Origin: Nitrososphaeraceae archaeon
GTDB taxonomy: Archaea; Thermoproteota; Nitrososphaeria; Nitrososphaerales; Nitrososphaeraceae
NCBI GenBank assembly: GCA_035297365.1
Contig: DATGZA010000020.1
Span: 1-30,217 of the forward strand
Reading direction: 5' to 3'
Length of the DNA: 30,217 nucleotides
A program made the translations under genes and the position numbers. A model generated the notes under the pieces. That model was not told the origin of the DNA and made no database searches. It was given only the letters and a program-made list of their open reading frames with translations. Every line of letters starts with the position of its first letter. The stretch's first letter is position 1. This document shows, one piece after another, positions 1-10,459 of this stretch.

Positions 1-482
1 AATGCATGCAATATTGTTAAATAAACGTAGAAATAAATTTTACTTCTTTCCATGGAATAAATAATTAACTTGAAATATATATTTGAATAAGATTTTATCT
101 ATTTATTTAATTTATTCTTGTAATACCGAGAGCAATGCTAAAATAAGAGTATAATGTTATAGTAAAATGAGATAATATTTAACAATTATTTTTTAATTAT
201 TATATCACATATTTTAAAAGATTACTCGAGGGTTTATCGGAACATAAAAAAAAAGGAAATTAAGGTATCAATTACAATTGAACATCATAGAAAAGTAAAA
301 AAGGTATCGAATTTCTTTTATCTCATATTGCCTGAATGCACAGATTATTTCCCAGAAAGATGTCTAAATTATCAAGAAACGGTGGACAATTAAGGTTTTC
401 TTTATTCTTAACCTTCAAATAGGTAGAGATATAGCATGATTGTTTACGGTATTATTGATATATACTTCCAGCGAATGAGTGT

Positions 483-883
483 ATGTTTTTATCAAACAAG
501 ATTTGTTTATTATTAATAGAAATACGAGATAAACAAGCTAATGAAGTTGAATGGTATTTACGTGATCATTTTTTCCGGCAGTTTACTCAAGGCAGAGAGC
601 ATTTCAAAATAGTGTGCCTTACTGACGAAATGATTAGTTTGTATTTGAGATACAGGAATTCTAATTTGCAGTATATGAATGAAATGATAACCGCCGTAGT
701 TGAATATCTAATTTCCCGTCAAGTAATAAAAAAGACCGTAAATAATTCATTGGAATTGACAAGCAGGTTTTCTCGTTTACAGTGCTCTAAAATGCTTTTA
801 CATTTCTTATCTGAATAGTAATGAACCTAGGAATTGGGAGATGTTCATCAAGTGAATTGCATGATTTTCCAAAGAAACGGTAA
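483..883 (+). pseudogene. Hypothetical protein with a frameshifted C-terminal Zn-ribbon-like motif
   Basis: ORF 483..818. Removing one base after CAG TGC TCT AAA gives QCSKCFYISYLNSNEPRN, and a second shift gives RCSSSELHDFPKKR* (stop 881-883). Confidence 0.5.
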
Positions 884-965
884 CTGTTAAATATTTGTCT
901 TCATTGACCGATTTCATGAGTAAAATTACTGTTTTTTTACTTCCTACTTGACAGTATCGTGTCTG

Positions 966-1492
966 TTAATACATATTCAGAGTGAATCTCTTTGCTCTAA
1001 AATATGAGGATATTTTATTTCTGAATTCTGTAAATGATGAATAGTATTTAAGGACTAGAAGATCGTTTTTAGATATATACCATATTTCTTCAAGTACCAT
1101 GAATTCTCGAGACGCAGTTGGAAGATGTACTGGAATTAAACTATCTTTATTGTCAGCAAAATATTTCAGCACCTTTCTTGATCTGTAATGTTGTTTTGCC
1201 TTATCCAGTCTAGGTGACATTTTAGAAATTTTCTATGTATTTTCTTAGATAGTCTAAAAAGCTGTTTTCATTAAACCAGTCATACTGTCTGAATAATTCT
1301 TTGCCTTGCATACTTGTAGCATCAAATAGAACTGTCCCCGGATTATGTCCAGTAATCTTTACAACTGGTCTTTCATCTTTCTTTATCCATACTCTTCTTA
1401 CAAGAGAATCAAAGAAGAAAAATGATTCATCAGTAGATACTACCGTGAATACGTCTTGGAGATTATCCAGTATCTTTCTAGCTCTTTTTTAA
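966..1492 (-). mobile_element. IS630-family transposase remnant (DDE domain, frameshifted, N-terminus missing)
   Basis: Minus-strand translation gives VVSTDESFFFFDSLVRRVW, then across a frameshift LDKAKQH...HLPTASREFMVLEEIW. These match the IS630 DES / LDNAxxH / LPxYSPELNPIExxW motifs. Confidence 0.85.
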
Positions 1493-1579
1493 AATGTTCT
1501 TACAGATTAAGATTTATGACGAGACAAAGAATTCAATATTTAAATATCATTAGTCATCATTATATACTAAATTATAAAA

Positions 1580-2704
1580 TTGCATGAATCATCTAAAGAT
1601 CCTTCTGATGATGCTGCTGATGACGATATCAATATTCCATCCTCACAGCATTCTTCAAATGAAATTGAAAACTCATTAATAGATTCTACAAATACTTTGT
1701 CATCTTCGTCTAACATTGTTCATGAAGGAATTATTGTAGGTAAAAGGATAGCAAAAATATCCGTAGTAACTCTTCTAGCTATTGGGATTGTTGAGATAAT
1801 AACAGGATATCTAAGTGGTAGTGTGGTAGCTACTGCTGACGGAATTGACTCTATATCTGATTCCATGATATCGTTTATTGTATTACTAGGACTTAGAATA
1901 GCTCACAAACCTGCGGACAAGAAATTCCATTTTGGATACCATAAGGTAGAGAGTTTTGCTGCTTTAATTGCTGCAATAGGAATGATAGTAATAGGAATAA
2001 TAATCTTCTATAATTCATATCAATCGTTAATATATCCTCACGAGATAAAAGAGCCCGTCTTGGTAATGATTGTGTTAGCTGGTGCTAGTGCTTTATCATT
2101 ACACAGAGCATTTCAAATGCGAAAGATTGCTAATAAATATAATCTTCTTTCACTTAAAACCGATGCCCGAAACTCGATAAAAGATGGGTCGGCTTCCGTA
2201 ATAGGTTTCTTTAGTATACTAATAGCAACCCAGTTTGGATTTTTACAAATGGATGCCATAGGAGGAATGATAATCGCGGGATACATATTCTCTGTATCCT
2301 ATATATCTTTGAAAAGATCATCTCTTATCCTTGTAGATTCATGGCAAAATCCTGAGTTAACAGAATTGATTAAAAAGATAATTTCAGAACAGTTCGGAAA
2401 TGAAATGTTCGAAGTTAAGAATGTATTACTGCGGTCTTCAGGTATGATTGACCAAGCAGAGATCCATATAGAATTTAGTGGTGATGAACCTTTGTCTGAT
2501 ATAGAAATGTTATCACTAGGAATTGAAATGGCAATTCGCTCTAAAATTCCATCTCTTGAAAAAATATCTATTATACCCCATTCATCTTCTAATTTTGTAG
2601 AAAAGCCAGCTTCAGCAAAGACTAATGCTTTGCGTTATATTAAATGGAGACAATCAGCATTTAGATTTGATAGACATAAACAAACCAAAGAAAAGAAAAG
2701 ATAA
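1580..2704 (+). CDS. Cation diffusion facilitator (FieF-like) metal transporter
   Basis: About 6 hydrophobic helices, SVVATADGIDSISD, PADKKFHFGYHKVES, C-terminal cytosolic domain. Confidence 0.92.
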   Translation: MHESSKDPSDDAADDDINIPSSQHSSNEIENSLIDSTNTLSSSSNIVHEGIIVGKRIAKISVVTLLAIGIVEIITGYLSGSVVATADGIDSISDSMISFIVLLGLRIAHKPADKKFHFGYHKVESFAALIAAIGMIVIGIIIFYNSYQSLIYPHEIKEPVLVMIVLAGASALSLHRAFQMRKIANKYNLLSLKTDARNSIKDGSASVIGFFSILIATQFGFLQMDAIGGMIIAGYIFSVSYISLKRSSLILVDSWQNPELTELIKKIISEQFGNEMFEVKNVLLRSSGMIDQAEIHIEFSGDEPLSDIEMLSLGIEMAIRSKIPSLEKISIIPHSSSNFVEKPASAKTNALRYIKWRQSAFRFDRHKQTKEKKR

Positions 2705-2758
2705 AATGCATAATACCTTCAACTTTAAAAAGATATTGAAAATAATAAATGTAAGAAA

Positions 2759-2857
2759 ATAGATGGTCCCTAGAAAATTACTGACCATCTGGAGTAACAC
2801 CGATAGCGGTGCAAAAATAAGAGTCTAATCATGTAGTATAATGGATAATATTTACGA
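2759..2857. repeat. Dispersed element copy 1 (left-flank type A)
   Basis: GGAGTAACACCGATAGCGGTGCAAAAATAAGAGTCTAA at 2791-2828; TATTTAC box at 2849; extra 8-bp inverted repeat AGATGGTC/GACCATCT at 2761-2790. Confidence 0.95.
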
Positions 2858-3250
2858 TTAATACTCTACACATATTCCCGGAACATGGACCTTCTTGAAT
2901 AAATGTGGCGAGACTACTAAACTATCGTCATCATATTTTAAAAGTGACGATTGTGTTTCAGAACTAAACAATATTTTGTTAACCGCTTCCTTATAATGCT
3001 CTATCGATTCCCAAACTGCATAATTAATAAATACACTACTTTTTCGAATCCCTTTGTGCAATTGTGTGGAAATAAATCCTGGTTGCTGTTTAAAGTTAGT
3101 AGCATCCTCTGCCCAATCCTTTAAAAACTGCTCAACCTTGTCTGGTTCTACATTGAATTTGTTTATTAGAATTACCGAGCCCTCTATTTCTTTTTCTTCA
3201 ATCTGATCCTTAAATTTTACTCTCTCGTCCATTTCAATAAATCTTACCAT
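2858..3250 (-). CDS. Antibiotic biosynthesis monooxygenase (ABM) domain protein
   Basis: VILINKFNV...QQPGFISTQLHKG...FINYAVWES pattern. Confidence 0.88.
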   Translation of the reverse strand: MVRFIEMDERVKFKDQIEEKEIEGSVILINKFNVEPDKVEQFLKDWAEDATNFKQQPGFISTQLHKGIRKSSVFINYAVWESIEHYKEAVNKILFSSETQSSLLKYDDDSLVVSPHLFKKVHVPGICVEY

Positions 3251-3437
3251 AACAATACAATATAATAATAACTAAGGGAATAAAGGATTTCTTTTTTACG
3301 ACAAGGACAGGAATACTACTGGGTTACTGAGGATAAGATAGAGGGTGTGAAAAGAAGGTCGTTTTTTCACAGAAACTAAATTATTAATCCTTGTACTATT
3401 AGAATTTATTTAATACAAATATACATATACATATATT

Positions 3438-3849
3438 TCGTCGTCAAACGTTAATGATAATAATAATTTCCTTTACAATTTTACCAAAATTATATTGAAT
3501 TCCCACAAGTCTATACGATCGGTAGGAATAACTAATCATAATGGTACTATTCTAAATGAAAGAGTTAGAAAAGCACTAAAACTTCCTTACCGAAGAAGAA
3601 AATAACGAATTTGCAAAAAATTCAATAATTAGGCATAGAGCAAGATTAAAATTTGAATCAAAAATGGGTAAATTAATCTATGCATTTAGGAGATATGAAA
3701 ACATGAGTAGATGTCTAATTCCAATCAATGAAAGTTATTACCTATTTTTTACTACGGATGTTGAGGAAAGTAATTTCGATGAAATAATAATGGAAAAAAT
3801 TATTCTATTCCTCTCTTGTTATCATATATTTTTAGTTTTTATAGTTTAA
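3438..3849 (+). pseudogene. Thaumarchaeal DUF6659-like protein, frameshifted
   Basis: KIILNSHKSIRSVGITNHNGTIL joins LTEEENNEFAK...MGKLIYAFRRYENM across a frameshift near 3585. Confidence 0.55.
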
Positions 3850-4141
3850 AATTAATGTGACAAAATAAAATATCAAATAATATAACTTTTTAACGTGTAC
3901 ATACTGTTTAATGCAATATTTTTTGGATTGAATTCAAAATAGATGGTATCAGTTGATATCAAATGGTAATAAAAGAACACATTGAAAATTGCCATTCTCT
4001 AAAGGAATAATAAGTTTAAATTTATATTCATTTTCTTTTATTATGTCAGTTCATTGAACAATTACTAAAATTCTGATCTTATTCCTGTTAACATCCTATC
4101 TATGGAGGTTATGTAATTAGTTAATTTATTGTTATTGAAAT

Positions 4142-4159
4142 TTTTTCGGCGCCGAAAAA
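4142..4159. promoter_or_regulatory. Perfect 18-bp palindrome, candidate protein-binding site
   Basis: TTTTTCGGC|GCCGAAAAA in AT-rich intergenic DNA. Confidence 0.45.
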
Positions 4160-4200
4160 TATTATTAAAATTATAAAAAAATTATTTTCATAAAAATTAT

Positions 4201-4239
4201 CAGCAGGATGGCTGGACTGGCTCAGATGCCATCCTGTTG
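4201..4239 (+). other. GC-rich stem-loop, candidate small RNA or structural element
   Basis: CAGCAGGATGGC (4201-4212) pairs with GCCATCCTGTTG (4228-4239): 12 bp with one G-U on the + strand, 15-nt loop. Confidence 0.45.
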
Positions 4240-4825
4240 TCAGTTACCCATCTTTCGTGTAATGATATGATTACTTTGTATTTGTATTATTTATAATATT
4301 TGGTAATAAAAAATATTTTTTTACTATATTAATTATCGATAATAATCTAGCTCATATACATTAGTAGATATATTGAGCTCTTATTTATTGGAGTATTCAC
4401 GGTATGGACTTTCTTTTCTTAGTATGATTCTAACACCATCTACATGTCAGTCCAATAAAAGGCAGCGTTGCAATAAGAGTTGCTCCTACTATCATCCCTA
4501 TGATGCACATGTTGAATTTTGTTAACTTGAACATATTTCTTTATTCTCTTTAGAATAGAAAAAGATTTTCCACGTCTGAAAACAGAATTGGCTGTAAAGA
4601 AGAAACTTAATTTTGAACATACAAAAAAGAAGACCAATATACATATAAGATACTATTTTTTAGTATTTTTTAGTAACTGTGAAGCTATGGTAAATATGTT
4701 TAAATATATTGTAAACTATATTCTGTTTTAATTAAAACATAAACTGAAAATATTATCAATATGGTCACCTTTGGTGGGGGTTCATCTACATGTTCGGTAC
4801 CATGGTCATGAGTTGAATCCATCAC

Positions 4826-5008
4826 GTAGGAAGGTTTTACCACCTTGTATTTGGCTTTTATTATTGAAAACTTATTTTTAAATTGATTTTGAAATATTAA
4901 GTTATGTGAATTCGTTAGAAATTTAAGTAACACATTAATACCGATAGCGGTGCAAAAATAAGAGTTAGATGTTACGGCCAAACATTAGAATATTTAAGAT
5001 TTACTTCA
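4826..5008. repeat. Dispersed element copy 2 (left-flank type B, homologous to 29302-29491)
   Basis: TAATACCGATAGCGGTGCAAAAATAAGAGTT with ACCG at 4940; TATTTAA at 4991; ~110 bp of left flank aligns with copy 7. Confidence 0.95.
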
Positions 5009-5087
5009 ATTACATTTTCATTAATAAAATATCATCAATAAAATTAAAAAACATAAAATTAATTACAGGTTTCCTTAAGTATCAAAT

Positions 5088-5345
5088 TTAGGATCGCAGA
5101 GTTGAACTTTCAAATACAAATTTTTTAAAAGCTCCAATATCAACAAACTCATCGCATTTATTCAAATTAGAATCGCATTTAAATCCATTATGTCCTGAAA
5201 TGGATAGATTTGTACCATCATATTGAAGTGTAATTAAAGAATAGTTTGTATTTGGATCTGTTGAATTACCTTTATTTATCCATGAACCAAATAACTTGTT
5301 AGAATATTGACCAATATTTTGTCTTTCCATTGTCTCTATTGACAA
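5088..5345 (-). CDS. Hypothetical protein, possibly a C-terminal fragment
   Basis: 85-aa ORF whose 5' end lies next to an IS end; no recognisable motif. Confidence 0.35.
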   Translation of the reverse strand: MSIETMERQNIGQYSNKLFGSWINKGNSTDPNTNYSLITLQYDGTNLSISGHNGFKCDSNLNKCDEFVDIGAFKKFVFESSTLRS

Positions 5346-5405
5346 CGAGAACTTTCAGAGAATTTACAAAAAAAGCTAAATGGATCTTTATTAGGCAAGA
5401 TGAAC

Positions 5406-5449
5406 AACCAACGAGATATATTCTTACCTATTTTTGGGATAAACTCTAA
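5406..5449 (-). mobile_element. Solo IS5-family left-end remnant
   Basis: Reverse complement TTAGAGTTTATCCCAAAAATAGGTAAGAATATATCTCGTTGGTT matches 37/44 nt of 16952-16995, which precedes an IS5 transposase fragment. Confidence 0.7.
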
Positions 5450-5594
5450 TTATATATAGGGTAATTTGTAATAATAAATTGAATATTTATCGATAAGACA
5501 AAATCAAAAAAACGTAAAATATGAGAAGAGGTAACGTATTAAATTGAATATTTATATAACAATAAGAATTTTAAATCTAATAAATCTTAAATAA

Positions 5595-5852
5595 TTGATT
5601 CACGTAATATATATTGAATTGTCGGGTGAACCAGCAGTATACGATTGGGATAGAATAGTACTCAGACCTGTACGTTCAAAAGACAATCAAGATGTTGGAA
5701 ATGTGATTTCAGTAGAAAAAGATACTTTTACGATACATTCAGGTCGCTATGAATTTATAGTGTCAAAAAACGATGTTGAAGGCTTTACTGGAGGAGAAGT
5801 ACTTTTGAGCAAAAATTATGTAGACTTGCAGAAAAGTAAAATTAAACCATAA
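5595..5852 (+). CDS. Small hypothetical protein, PRC-barrel-like
   Basis: DWDRIVLRPVRSKDNQDVGNV pattern; true start may be TTG near 5619. Confidence 0.6.
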   Translation: MIHVIYIELSGEPAVYDWDRIVLRPVRSKDNQDVGNVISVEKDTFTIHSGRYEFIVSKNDVEGFTGGEVLLSKNYVDLQKSKIKP

Positions 5853-6274
5853 TTTTTTATTTTAGAAAATTATAATTCCAAATATTTAGAGAAATTTATT
5901 TGATAAAATGTTTCCCTAACGATAGTATCTTAATTCCATTTTGATTTAAAATATGCATTCAAAGAAGATTTTTACAATTGTGTCCAAAAAGAATTATTTT
6001 TAGAAAGCTCTAACTGCAAAAAGAAAGGTAAAAGGGGGTTAAAATAATATTTTTGAAACTTTGTTGATTCCCACTATAGTGGTGTAAATTAAAAACTTGC
6101 TGAAGTGAGTTAACGTATCTATGATTCCGTATTGAAGAACAACAAATCAATGGTTGTGAAACTATAGTATATCTGTTAACCATTGCTATATAATCTGGGT
6201 GATAGTTGGTTATTGAATAGTTACTAACTATTGAAGAGTCTTCAGTTGTTACCCACCCTCAGGTATAAAATTAA

Positions 6275-6535
6275 TTAGTTGTTTTCCATGGTAGTTTGTA
6301 ATAAATCTCCTATTTCGTTATGCATTTTGAGAAAGTTTAATCCTTTTTCCGTAGTCTTGAATGTGTGGGTCCCATCAATATATTCTATTAGATTGTATTC
6401 TATCAAAATAGAAAGATATTCTTTTAATTGATTATAACTTACAAAAGCTATGTACATAATTTTTGTCTTGGTTGCCCCTCCATTTGCAGCATCAAGTATA
6501 TTACTAACTATTTCTGTTCTGCTTCTATTTGCCAT
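6275..6535 (-). CDS. Winged helix-turn-helix regulator (thaumarchaeal expanded family)
   Basis: RSRTEIVSNIL...GATKTKIMY...SYNQLKEYL...TTEKGLNFL. Confidence 0.88.
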   Translation of the reverse strand: MANRSRTEIVSNILDAANGGATKTKIMYIAFVSYNQLKEYLSILIEYNLIEYIDGTHTFKTTEKGLNFLKMHNEIGDLLQTTMENN

Positions 6536-6810
6536 ATTATTAATAATGGATTTACTTATTTTAAGATAACATCACATGAAGAGGGAAGGTAATTATAGAA
6601 AAACATTCTACATATTATCTGCAAATAAAAAAATATAAGAAATATCTATGTCTTGGTTCAAAATTGTGTTATGAAATACTTTTCATATTTAATTTTGTCA
6701 ACAATTCATTATATGGATTGTTTATTTTTAAATATAATTATTAAATCTGGAACTATCCGATGAAACTTTTTATTTTTCCTTTGGAAATTAATTAATTCTT
6801 TTAAGTATTT

Positions 6811-7110
6811 TCATACCATTATTTCTTTAATCATAGTTTTGTATTCTTCTGCTTTCAAAAATAATTCATAATTTAATTGATGTGATTCTTCAATTGTTGG
6901 CTTGATATCTTTGTTGGAACAATAAACAGAATAAAACAAAAGTACTTGTGCAAAAAATGCTCCTAAAAGAAAATCCAAATCATTGGTTACTGTTTTCTTT
7001 AAAGCGTATAAAGGGTCCTGAAATACTTGAATTGTATAAGGTAGAGTTTCTATTGTATCTTCAGTGGCTTTATTAAATAAGTTTCTAAGAATTTTTTCTC
7101 TATCCAACAT
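6811..7110 (-). CDS. Hypothetical protein
   Basis: 99-aa ATG-started ORF with an AT-rich promoter-like upstream region; its 5' part is duplicated at 24597-24781. Confidence 0.6.
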   Translation of the reverse strand: MLDREKILRNLFNKATEDTIETLPYTIQVFQDPLYALKKTVTNDLDFLLGAFFAQVLLFYSVYCSNKDIKPTIEESHQLNYELFLKAEEYKTMIKEIMV

Positions 7111-7181
7111 TTATCAATAATATAAACTTGTTAAAAGATTTTGTATTGTTTGTTCACGTATCATATCAAATAATTTAGTTA
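6994..7181. repeat. Segmental duplication 1, intact copy
   Basis: Near-identical direct repeat of 24597-24781. Confidence 0.95.
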
Positions 7182-7397
7182 TAGATTAATGTAAATATTA
7201 TTATACAAAAGATTAAGGAGGTTTTACGTCGGAAGTGAATTCGTCTATATAGTGTAGTTCTACTACATAATATTTAGATTTTATTATTAGCAATTTATTT
7301 TAGAACTATGAAGATTTACAATAACAGAGTACTTATTTGTAAGTCCCAAGTTTAAATTGAAAATATTCTATTTCATTTAATCTGTTAAAGAATGAAT

Positions 7398-7459
7398 AAC
7401 GATAGCGGTGCAAAAATAAGAGTCCAAATTTACATAATAGATATGGATATTTAAGATTT
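7398..7459. repeat. Dispersed element copy 3 (left-truncated)
   Basis: AACGATAGCGGTGCAAAAATAAGAGTCC; TATTTAAGATTT at 7448. Confidence 0.92.
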
Positions 7460-7515
7460 TTTTTATATTTTCAGTTATAAAGTTAGAATTTATATATTAT
7501 TATATTTACATTCAG

Positions 7516-8196
7516 TTGATGAAAAATAATTTAACTTTAATAACGTTACTTTCAATACTATCAATTCTTGTTGTTGTATCATCATTAACTAAAACAATTC
7601 ATACACAAGAACATCAAACCGAATTATCAGAATCTCAAAATGTCGAAGTCAATGTTGATGTTGGAGGAGGAAATGGAACTACAATACTTACTACTTTTAC
7701 ACCTTCACAGATAGAAATTAACGCAGGAGAAAGTGTAATCTGGAAAAATCCAACATCAGTAGCTGAACCACATACCGTCACTTTTATTGCTGGTGGAGAC
7801 TTTTTTGCACCCCCTGTGGCACCAGTTAATGTTCCAAATTCAACTAAATTTACTGTAGTACCTTCTGACGCTAATGTTGAAGCGAAGATATCTTATAATA
7901 ACCAAAATAATATTACAAATGAAACAAAAACTGTGATGATAGATAATGCCAGGTCTACTTACCCTGTGATAATAGATTCAACTGCAAAAAATGTTACCTA
8001 TTTAAATCCAAATTCAATTTACACAATGCGAGGTGATGAAAAATATGTTAATTCAGGTTGGATGTGGCCTGAAGGTATGGCACCACCAGGTTACCCAAAA
8101 ATTACTACATTTACAGTATTATTTGAAAAATCAGGAACATATTGGTATATATGTTTAGTACATCCATGGATGGCAGGCAGTGTAATAGTCAACTGA
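7516..8196 (+). CDS. Secreted or membrane-anchored cupredoxin (plastocyanin/azurin-like)
   Basis: N-terminal hydrophobic signal; EPHTVTF and YICLVHPWMAG supply type-1 Cu ligands (H, C, H, M). Confidence 0.9.
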   Translation: MMKNNLTLITLLSILSILVVVSSLTKTIHTQEHQTELSESQNVEVNVDVGGGNGTTILTTFTPSQIEINAGESVIWKNPTSVAEPHTVTFIAGGDFFAPPVAPVNVPNSTKFTVVPSDANVEAKISYNNQNNITNETKTVMIDNARSTYPVIIDSTAKNVTYLNPNSIYTMRGDEKYVNSGWMWPEGMAPPGYPKITTFTVLFEKSGTYWYICLVHPWMAGSVIVN

Positions 8197-9036
8197 AACT
8201 GCAGAGTATCACTAACACAAGCAGTCTAAAATCAGAGGTTGTCCTTGTTTAACTACATTGATCTGATCATAATGAGTGGGTCAATATCCTTATCTTGCTT
8301 TTTCAGTGATATTACATAACATGTAGGAAGTTGTGATAATCCTTGGTTGATTTTCAAAGTATAACGATGCTGTTGACGAAAAATATGAAGAATATATACT
8401 ACAAAAATGAGAGAATAAATCCTATAAACCACAGGCAGTCACGTCAACTCATTGCTTCACCGTGTCCTATGCTAGTAGGATAGATCATACTGTCCTGGCA
8501 TTGCTGCAAAATAGTACTTTTGTGTACAAAAAAGATATACCTTATTTTTTTAACTTCATCATAACCTTTGACAAGATGATGAAATATATTGCATTGTTCT
8601 TAGTATTGTTAATAATCTTCTAATAACAGAATTAGTTTATCTAAGTCACCAATAACATCTTCATTCACTTTATCCATTTTCTTATTTTATCCTCTTCGGT
8701 AGACTAGAATTAATATAATAACTAATATTAGAAAATATCTAGCCCTACTTTATAGAAGGATTCAAATCCCAAAAATCTAGCTGATCACCAGTAGTGAACC
8801 CATTTAAGTTATCTGGTCCCATTTAATCTTTATAATATAAAGTACTTTAGTAACATATTAAATATACCTATTTGGAAGTATGAAATCCATTTAGTTAATG
8901 GGAGCGAGTGGAAAACATCTATTATGTTTTTATATTATTTGTTGTTCTATCTAAATTATAGATAAAAGATTTTATCTTATAGAAAATCAGAAGTATAAAA
9001 ATTTTTAAAGTTATAGATCTTTTCTATAGCAGTAGA

Positions 9037-9477
9037 TTGATGCAAAACAGAAAAACATTAGAAAATTTGAACAATTCAAAAATAGCCAGATTAGCAACAG
9101 TAGACCCTGAGATTAATCAACCTTACCTAATACCCGTGGTATTTGCATTTGATGGTAATAATATCTTTATTCCAATAGACGACAAACCTAAAAGGGTAAA
9201 TTCAAACCAGTTAAAAAGAGTAAAAAATATACAAAAAAATCCTAATATTTCTTTTCTAATTGATACTTATGACGATAAAGATTGGAGCAATCTTTCTTAT
9301 TTAATAATCCAAGGTAAAGCAAGAATAGTAGATAGGTTAAAAGATAGAGATATGATAGATAAAGCTCATTCACTATTGTCAGAAAAATATCTTCAGTATA
9401 AAAAAATGGTAGGAATTGGAGACATCTGCATTATAATTGATATTCAAAAGACTATAAGTTGGAAATATTCTAATTAA
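9037..9477 (+). CDS. PPOX-class probable F420-dependent oxidoreductase (Rv0121-like)
   Basis: ARLATVD...PVVFA...IDDKPK...LKRVKNIQKNP...DWSNL. Confidence 0.85.
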   Translation: MMQNRKTLENLNNSKIARLATVDPEINQPYLIPVVFAFDGNNIFIPIDDKPKRVNSNQLKRVKNIQKNPNISFLIDTYDDKDWSNLSYLIIQGKARIVDRLKDRDMIDKAHSLLSEKYLQYKKMVGIGDICIIIDIQKTISWKYSN

Positions 9478-9538
9478 GAAAAACAGATTCTAATATTGAT
9501 TACATTATGTCTTTATAGTATAAAAATTAATAATAGAT

Positions 9539-10459
9539 ATGAAAGTAGGATTAGCTGTTCCTCAATTTGGCATAAATGCTACTAAAGAAAATCTAATTAG
9601 ATTTGTTCAAATTGCAGAACAAGAAGGATTTGAATCACTTTGGGTATATGATAGAATGTTATATGCTCTCAATCCCCAACAACCTTATCCCGGGACTCCA
9701 GATAAAAGAGAATGGCCTGAATTTTTTAAGAATGTTTTAGATCCATTAACAACATTAGCATTTATTGCAGCTAATACAACAAAGGTAAATTTAGGAACTT
9801 GTATTATTGATATGATTTTTCATAATCCTATAACACTTGCTAAAGAGTTTACTACAATAGACATTTTATCTGAAGGTAGGACAATCTGTGGTTTTGGTAT
9901 TGGATGGTCAAAAGATGAGTATCTTGCCGCTAATATTCCTTATGAGAAAAGAGGAGAAAGAGCAAACGAAATTCTCAAAGCTATGAAAAAGGTATGGACA
10001 GAAAATATTGTAGAATTTAATGAAGACTTTTACAAAATTCCGAAGTCAATAATTGATCCAAAACCTATTCAAAAACCTCACCCTAAAATTTTGCTAGGGG
10101 GTTTCTCGCCAAAGACGTTTGAGCGTATGATAAAATATGGAGATGGTTATATAGGAACCTTAGCAGGATCATATGAATATTTTGAAAACTCTATTAAGAT
10201 GTTCAATGATTCGATTAAAAAAAGTACAAGAGAAAGGAAGGATTTTGATCTAACTATTTTAACATTTCCATATATTCTGACAAGAAGTTCTGAAAACGAA
10301 CGAGCTCCGATGAACGGAACAATAGAGGAAATTGGATCTGATTTAACTAAACTCAAAAGTTTTGGAGTAGATAGAGTAATTCTTGCCGTAAATGCAGAAA
10401 AAAATTATGATGTAAACGAAACTATTGAATTTGTTAAAGAACTAAGAAAATTCTGTTAA
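9539..10459 (+). CDS. LLM-class probable F420-dependent oxidoreductase (Rv2161c-like)
   Basis: AEQEGFESLWVYD, LDPLTTLAFIAA, DILSEGR...GIGWSKDEY, PKPIQKPHP. Confidence 0.9.
   Translation: MKVGLAVPQFGINATKENLIRFVQIAEQEGFESLWVYDRMLYALNPQQPYPGTPDKREWPEFFKNVLDPLTTLAFIAANTTKVNLGTCIIDMIFHNPITLAKEFTTIDILSEGRTICGFGIGWSKDEYLAANIPYEKRGERANEILKAMKKVWTENIVEFNEDFYKIPKSIIDPKPIQKPHPKILLGGFSPKTFERMIKYGDGYIGTLAGSYEYFENSIKMFNDSIKKSTRERKDFDLTILTFPYILTRSSENERAPMNGTIEEIGSDLTKLKSFGVDRVILAVNAEKNYDVNETIEFVKELRKFC

Noticed and set aside
1301-1492. 63-aa + strand ORF
   Set aside because: Antisense shadow of the IS630 transposase remnant.
4380-4637. 65-aa minus-strand ORF and nearby hydrophobic frame
   Set aside because: Possibly a decayed gene, but no family could be recognised.
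4925-4970. Canonical integron attC (ATCTAAC fits RYYYAAC on the minus strand)
   Set aside because: Only copy 2 has this box, there is no proper GTTRRRY partner and no long imperfect stem.
4700-4981. 93-aa ORF in the track
   Set aside because: It overlaps element copy 2; the homologous stretch at 29302-29491 has an early stop.
8260-8680. Stop-riddled minus-strand frame starting MDKVNEDVIGDL
   Set aside because: Probably a relic, but not assignable from sequence alone.
8757-8772. GGATTCAAATCCC, reminiscent of a tRNA T-arm
   Set aside because: No acceptor or anticodon stems and no canonical GTTC; likely chance.
10147-10356. 69-aa minus-strand ORF
   Set aside because: Antisense shadow inside the LLM gene.
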